In this document: positions 62,656 through 64,000 of the stretch, in pieces
How the letters are laid out: each line of letters begins with the position of its first letter
Position numbering within the stretch: position 1 is the stretch's first letter
From: an uncultured Bacteroidia bacterium
GTDB taxonomy: Bacteria > Bacteroidota > Bacteroidia > Bacteroidales > ML635J-15
Length of the DNA stretch: 64,000 bases
Assembly (NCBI GenBank): GCA_902776565.1
Contig: CACYQN010000013.1
Coordinates: forward strand, 71,357-135,356
Direction of reading: 5' to 3'
The notes under the pieces: model-generated
What the model was told of the DNA's origin: nothing
What the model saw: only the letters and a program-made list of their open reading frames with translations
The model's database searches: none
Made by a program: the position numbers and the translations under genes

Positions 62656-64000
62656 ATGAAACGAACACTTCTCATTCTCCTCATTCTCGCTTTGTGCTTC
62701 GAGCCAATCCTCGCCTGCACCAACCTAATTGTCGGCAAGAAAGCATCAACCGACGGCAGCGTGATGTGTACCTACAACTGCGATGGATTCGGATTCTCGG
62801 GTTCGCTATTTTACAGCCCTGCCGGACGGCACGACAAGGACGAACTAATCGCCATTCACGGCTGGGGACCAGCTCACGAAGGACAATATGTTAAGCAAGT
62901 GGAATATACTTACAATGTGGTGGGACTGATGAACGAAAAGCAGGTCACTATAGTGGAAACCACTTTCGACGGGCGGCTGGAGCTTGTCAACGATGAGGGC
63001 TTGCTCGACTATTTCAGCCTTATGCGATTGGCTCTGCAACGCTCATCAACAGCTCGCGAGGCTATCCGCTGCATGGCCGAACTGGTGGACGAATACGGAT
63101 ACAACAGCAGTGGCGAGACAATTACCGTCTGCGACCCCAACGAGGCGTGGATTATGGAGATAATTGGCAAGGGCAAAGGCCGCAAGGGTGCCGTGTGGGT
63201 GGCTCTGCGTATTCCCGACGACTGCATCTGCGCTCACGCTAATCTCAGCCGTATCAGGCAGTTCCCGCAGGAACAGAAAAAGTCGTACAAAAGTATAAGC
63301 AGCAAGAACTTGCAGAATATAAACCGTCCCGAAGTGGAATGCGTTTACGCCTACGATGTAATCTCGCTGGCGCGCGAACTTGGCTTTTTCAGTGGCAACG
63401 ATGCCGACTTTTCGTTCCGCGATGCCTATTGTCCAATCGACTTCGAGAATGTGCGCTATGCCGATGCCCGCGTGTGGAGTTTCTTCCGCCATCACTACAG
63501 CAAGGCCGAAATGGACAAGTTTCTGCCATATATCAACGGTGATTTCGACAAGTGCGACCATCTTCCGCTGTGGATTAAGCCCGATGCTCCGCTTTCGCTG
63601 CGCGACCTGCAAAACGACATGCGCGACCATTTCGAAGGCACTCCGCTCGATATGACCGCCGACATGACCGCTGGTCCGTGGGGAATGCCTATTCGTCCGC
63701 TGCCTATGCACTTCAAGGACAAGGACAGCATTGCGTATTTCCGCGAGCGTCCTATTGCAACCCAGCAGTCGGGTTTCACAATGACCTGCCAGATGCGCTC
63801 GTGGTTGCCCGACGATGTTGGCGGTGTAACTTGGTTCAATTGCGACGATGCCAATATGGTAGCCTATGTGCCTCTGTATTGCTGTATTACGCAAGTGCCT
63901 GATGCTTTTCGTCAGGAGAACAATCCGCGCAACGAGTTTTCGTTCGAGTCGGCATTCTGGATGAACAACTGGGTGGCAAATATGGTGTATCCGCGCTATT
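62656..64000 (+). CDS. Peptidase C69 family dipeptidase (3' end beyond the window)
   Basis: Not in the ORF track because there is no stop inside the window. My translation: 'MKRTLLILLILALCFEPILACTNLIVGKKASTDGSVM...GETITVCDPNEAWIMEIIGKG'. The Cys after the signal peptide is the Ntn nucleophile context. Confidence 0.88.
   Translation, partial: MKRTLLILLILALCFEPILACTNLIVGKKASTDGSVMCTYNCDGFGFSGSLFYSPAGRHDKDELIAIHGWGPAHEGQYVKQVEYTYNVVGLMNEKQVTIVETTFDGRLELVNDEGLLDYFSLMRLALQRSSTAREAIRCMAELVDEYGYNSSGETITVCDPNEAWIMEIIGKGKGRKGAVWVALRIPDDCICAHANLSRIRQFPQEQKKSYKSISSKNLQNINRPEVECVYAYDVISLARELGFFSGNDADFSFRDAYCPIDFENVRYADARVWSFFRHHYSKAEMDKFLPYINGDFDKCDHLPLWIKPDAPLSLRDLQNDMRDHFEGTPLDMTADMTAGPWGMPIRPLPMHFKDKDSIAYFRERPIATQQSGFTMTCQMRSWLPDDVGGVTWFNCDDANMVAYVPLYCCITQVPDAFRQENNPRNEFSFESAFWMNNWVANMVYPRY

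Noticed and set aside
1-64000. Search for tRNA, rRNA, tmRNA, integrase, transposase and toxin-antitoxin Xre/DUF2384 partners
   Set aside because: I found no T-loop-type GGTTCGAATCC contexts, no rRNA-like stretches, and no tyrosine/serine recombinase or DDE motifs in any long ORF. This absence is a by-eye judgement and should be confirmed with tRNAscan-SE, Infernal and HMM scans.

Overview
The window looks like a chromosomal segment of a Bacteroidales (Bacteroidota) bacterium. Supporting signs are a T9SS C-terminal sorting domain on a C25 peptidase, TAnnTTTG -7 promoter boxes in front of many genes, the DUF3098-uppP-truB arrangement, an ECF sigma/anti-sigma/DUF4252 cluster, and many lipoproteins. 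Recognisable housekeeping genes include rtcB, uppP, truB, dnaK, an ftsE-like ATPase, an e(P4) phosphatase, lemA, a phosphoglucomutase, dinB, a beta-carbonic anhydrase, pepD and a C69 dipeptidase. Hand counts of 60-nt samples put the backbone near 45-50% G+C. Three segments differ from it in composition.

(1) 19.3-27.2 kb is about 27-28% G+C and carries two minus-strand operons. One has four genes: an sce7726-like PD-(D/E)xK protein, an sce7725/P4-beta-like protein, an N-terminally extended RES-domain protein and a small wHTH. The other pairs a pseudokinase-Upf1-like SF1B helicase with a translationally coupled wHTH partner.

(2) 57.8-62.6 kb is AT-rich and holds a tightly packed four-gene plus-strand operon: a Sel1-repeat protein, a minimal UvrD-like ATPase, a 557-aa unknown protein with a coiled coil, and a 491-aa protein with a SAM-methyltransferase-like Rossmann motif.

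(3) 16.0-18.3 kb is a two-gene module at about 63-67% G+C (lipocalin/AttH-like protein plus AraC regulator), bracketed by perfect 39-bp direct repeats.

I consider the operons in (1) and (2) the best candidates for undescribed defence or conflict systems. A core-composition SNF2-RavA-ViaA operon is also unusual.

The window is rich in interspersed repeats. These include a MITE with TIRs and an 8-bp TSD, heptamer tandem arrays attached to a conserved GC-rich module, a 20-bp perfect palindrome reused inside a coding tail, duplicated gene 3' ends, and a 10 x 10-bp phased A-tract array. I recognised no rRNA, tRNA, CRISPR array, integrase or transposase gene. All family assignments rest on motif recognition by eye and need HMM or BLAST confirmation.
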